In this document: piece by piece, positions 61,254 through 64,000 of the stretch
Layout: each line of letters begins with the position of its first letter
Numbering within the stretch: position 1 is the first letter of the stretch
Virus record (IMG/VR): IMGVR_UViG_3300032156_000001
Location: 64,001 to 128,000 of that record
Origin: a virus
DNA length: 64,000 nucleotides
Strand: one strand, 5' to 3'
The notes under the pieces: generated by a model
The model's database searches: none
Seen by the model: the letters and a program-made list of their open reading frames with translations, nothing else
Told to the model about the DNA's origin: nothing
Translations under genes and position numbers: made by a program

Positions 61254-64000
61254 CTGGTTCACGGACGCCGTTTACGCCTCCGCGTTGCCGCCGGCTGTCA
61301 AGGAAGTGGCAGGGTGGGGCGGCGCCGGTCGGGCTTTCGGGGGGCGCACGTTCGCCGCCCCGGTCTTCGGGCGGCTCTTCGGACGGACGGCGGCGCCTGC
61401 GGCAGAACAGGCCGCTGCAGGCGCCGCTGCGCGCATCGTGCCGGTAGCAAAGGGGACCGCTGCGGCTGCCGGAACGGCCGCGCGGCCGGGCGCTTTGGCT
61501 GCACTCGGGCAACAGTTCCGGCCGGGCAACGTGGCGTCCCAGTTTTCCCGGCAGCTCGGCTTGGGCGGGTTGGGGACCGCCGCAAGAGGGGAACTGACGT
61601 CGCAATTGCGTTCCGGCGGGCGCATAGGGGAAGAACTGGTAAGGCAGTTCGGCCTTGGCAGCCCCGCGATGGCCGCGCTGGCGCCTGGCATAGCGACACG
61701 GCGCATGGCGGCGCAGCTGGCCCTTCGACCGCCGGTTCCCGCCTTGCAAGGCATCAAGTGGCAGGCGGGTGAAGCGGGTCCGCCCGGCTTGCGTTCCTTG
61801 GTGCCGTCGAGAATGCCGCACGAGCCGGGAGGGACAGTGGAACGCGCCGTCCCGGGGGAACAGTTGGGCGGCGTTCGCATCGGCGGGCGCACGCAGGCGT
61901 ACGCGGAGTCTCCCTCCGGGACCGCCACCGTGCTTCCCATCCTGTATCGGCCGCGGCCTGCGCCCGTACCGGCGCCGGCGGCGTCGATGACTACGCACGT
62001 CACGCCCGCGCAGGCGGCATCAGGCACGCCGGCAGCTGCGAAGACGCCCACGCCAGCGCAGGCCGCTTCGGGGACCATGACAACGTCGAGAAGCCGCGGC
62101 ATGAGCATGGCACCGGCGCAAGGCGAGCAGCCGGCCGCGCCCGGCCAGCCGCCGGCAGGGACCCCGTTGACGCAGGAAGCGTTCATGAAAGGCATCGAGT
62201 CGATACGGCCGGAGACGGGCTTCATGGCCGGCGTCAAGGGCATGCTTCCGTGGATGGCGCTAAGCTACGGACCGCAGATGCTCTCGGGTCTTTATCGCGG
62301 ATTCGTCAAGCCGGACGAGGAGGAAGGCCGCGCGCAGGAAGCGCAGGGCCCGCGCTATAGCCACGGCGTTTCGCCGTACGCTAGCCCAGTCGCCGAGTCG
62401 GAACGGTATCGGTACTGGCCGAAAGGCGCTGCGGACGTTTCCAAGGCCTTGGAAAAGTCGGCTAAGCGGACGTGGCGCTCGAAGTCCTTCCGCAAGTTCA
62501 CGCTGCTGCACAGGTTCCCCGGCAAGACGAGGATGTCGGCCATGCGCAGGAAGACCGTCGCGCGCAGCATGCCGTTCGCTGCCAAGTCGGCCTTCTACTG
62601 CGGCTTGGCGAAGCGTTGCGCCGAGCTCGGCCTTGACAGGGACGACGGCAGGGCCGTCGTGGAAGCCCTGCAGAAGCTGGCCTTCGACGGGGAAAATCCA
62701 CGGCCGGAAGAGGAGGAAATAGACCCGCTGTACACTTATGCCCCGGCGGTTGGCGCCGCCGGCGCGGGTCTTCTTGCTGGCGCCGGGACTGGCGGAGGTC
62801 TGCTGGCTTCCGGCGTGGGCGGCACAATGGTTGGCGGCATGGCGCTCTCTCCATTTGAAAGGTTCGCCGAGGGGGTGCGGAGGAGCCACGCGACTGAAGG
62901 TTGGGGAAAGAATTGGCCGCTGCTGTATTCGACCGGTCAGGGCTTCAAGAACATGGTGACCGGCGAATACGGATCCGATCCCTACGGGTCCGCCCCCGCT
63001 TCGGCGGGGAAGGCGGGAAAGGGCGGCGTCGGCACCGACCCGATGGCACTCGACAAGGCAATAGGCACGCTTAAAGATCCGGAAGTGTATAAGCGGATGA
63101 TTCGGGAGGAGAAAGAAAAGTTCGGGCCGATGAACGCGGAAAGATTGAAAGGTTTTCTCAATCTTGCGTATGAGCAAGCGCGAGTAGGCGGCGAGGTGTC
63201 CCCCGGCGAGGCCGCCGCGTCGGCCACCACGGGGATGATCCCCGGCATACGGGGGCTTGACCGCGCCCAAAAGAGCAAGATCCTTCGCAGGCTTCATCCC
63301 GAGTTGGACGCCGTGAAAACATTGCCGGCATTCCAGACGCCGGGGATCGGCGCGGCGCCCGGGGTAGGAACAGCGCCCGGAGTTAGCAGGCCGTCTGGCG
63401 CTGTCGGGCCGCAGGGCACAGCCGCTGCGCCCATGCCGGGTTCGCCGGCAGCTGCCCGAAGGCCCATGAGCGGCCAGAAGTCCACGCGCGACCAGGTCAG
63501 CCTGATAAGGCAGGAAGCAGCCACGCGGCAGGCGCCGGCCGCTCCGAAGGCCCCGGCGCCGACCGGCTCGCCCAGCGCCGCTGCGGCTCCGGCATCGACT
63601 GGTGCGGCACCGCGACCGTGGTCCGCCCGCGGCGGATTCGAGGGCGCTGAGGGGACCCGTTACGGCATGGCGCAGTCCGGCGGCGAATACGTGCCGCTCA
63701 GCGGCGGCGCCAACACGGAACCTGGCCAGACATACGGCGGCGCGGGGAGCTTCGACATAGACCGAAGGCGCGGCAGCATCGGACTGCCCGTGGCCGCGCG
63801 ACAAGCAATGCAATCGTTCCGTCAACCGCCCAGCGGCGCTTACGCTGCCCCGGAAGGAGCGGTCTACGGCCGCGGGTCCGCAATGGGCGGTCCCGAGCGG
63901 TTCTCGTTCGACCCGTCGGAACGGCTTGTGGGGACTGCGCTGTCAGCGCTGACGGGAGCGGGCGGCGGACAACCCGCCCCGGCGGCCCAGGGCGTGCCGG
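61243..64000 (+). CDS. large Ala/Gly/Pro-rich protein, truncated by the window end (over 900 aa; missing from the supplied ORF track)
   Basis: ATG 61243 (MRADWFTDAVY...); frame read open to 64000; its absence from the track is consistent with no stop in the window. Confidence 0.7.
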   Translation, partial: MRADWFTDAVYASALPPAVKEVAGWGGAGRAFGGRTFAAPVFGRLFGRTAAPAAEQAAAGAAARIVPVAKGTAAAAGTAARPGALAALGQQFRPGNVASQFSRQLGLGGLGTAARGELTSQLRSGGRIGEELVRQFGLGSPAMAALAPGIATRRMAAQLALRPPVPALQGIKWQAGEAGPPGLRSLVPSRMPHEPGGTVERAVPGEQLGGVRIGGRTQAYAESPSGTATVLPILYRPRPAPVPAPAASMTTHVTPAQAASGTPAAAKTPTPAQAASGTMTTSRSRGMSMAPAQGEQPAAPGQPPAGTPLTQEAFMKGIESIRPETGFMAGVKGMLPWMALSYGPQMLSGLYRGFVKPDEEEGRAQEAQGPRYSHGVSPYASPVAESERYRYWPKGAADVSKALEKSAKRTWRSKSFRKFTLLHRFPGKTRMSAMRRKTVARSMPFAAKSAFYCGLAKRCAELGLDRDDGRAVVEALQKLAFDGENPRPEEEEIDPLYTYAPAVGAAGAGLLAGAGTGGGLLASGVGGTMVGGMALSPFERFAEGVRRSHATEGWGKNWPLLYSTGQGFKNMVTGEYGSDPYGSAPASAGKAGKGGVGTDPMALDKAIGTLKDPEVYKRMIREEKEKFGPMNAERLKGFLNLAYEQARVGGEVSPGEAAASATTGMIPGIRGLDRAQKSKILRRLHPELDAVKTLPAFQTPGIGAAPGVGTAPGVSRPSGAVGPQGTAAAPMPGSPAAARRPMSGQKSTRDQVSLIRQEAATRQAPAAPKAPAPTGSPSAAAAPASTGAAPRPWSARGGFEGAEGTRYGMAQSGGEYVPLSGGANTEPGQTYGGAGSFDIDRRRGSIGLPVAARQAMQSFRQPPSGAYAAPEGAVYGRGSAMGGPERFSFDPSERLVGTALSALTGAGGGQPAPAAQGVP
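62438..62455. repeat. dispersed 18-bp palindrome, copy 6 (in-frame, encodes SKALE)
   Basis: TTTCCAAGGCCTTGGAAA. Confidence 0.9.

Noticed and set aside
1-64000. tRNA/rRNA genes, integrase, major capsid, terminase
   Set aside because: None recognised by eye in this window; they may lie outside it or be too divergent, and tRNAscan and HMM searches were not run

Overview
This is a high-GC 64 kb segment of a large (jumbo-like) tailed phage or provirus, with every credible gene on the + strand. From left to right it holds: a putative portal gene; a glycosyltransferase/methyltransferase/acetyltransferase cluster; ParB-like and S1-domain genes; a 1346-aa SNF2 helicase + LigD-type phosphoesterase + DNA ligase + HExxH fusion; small early-type genes; the TIGR-like locus described below; a tail fibre/collagen/Gly-rich module; a second glycan-modification cluster; a metacaspase and a holin-like gene; and a block of probable virion-internal proteins. 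That last block includes a 2124-aa beta/beta' fused multisubunit RNA polymerase carrying an intein and an inserted 2H-phosphoesterase domain. The standout is a very large RNA-guided-type locus at 27.3-34.8 kb. It has about 115 units of a strict 36-nt dual-repeat/dual-spacer array (edge GATCGAGnCA, 9-nt spacer, loop nGnGnRCCA, 8-nt spacer plus invariant G). The array is split into five blocks by four ORFs, one of which is a nuclease-less Nop/IS110-like RNA-binding protein. This matches the TIGR-Tas (TasA-type) architecture, and a satellite 3-unit array lies at 21.5 kb. Two further unexplained patterns stand out. An 18-bp palindrome (TTTCCAAGGCCTTGGAAA) occurs six times, once filling a TIGR unit. 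A recurring Lys-x-Ala motif sits at domain junctions of the putative virion polyproteins. All family assignments come from motif recognition by eye; no database searches were run.
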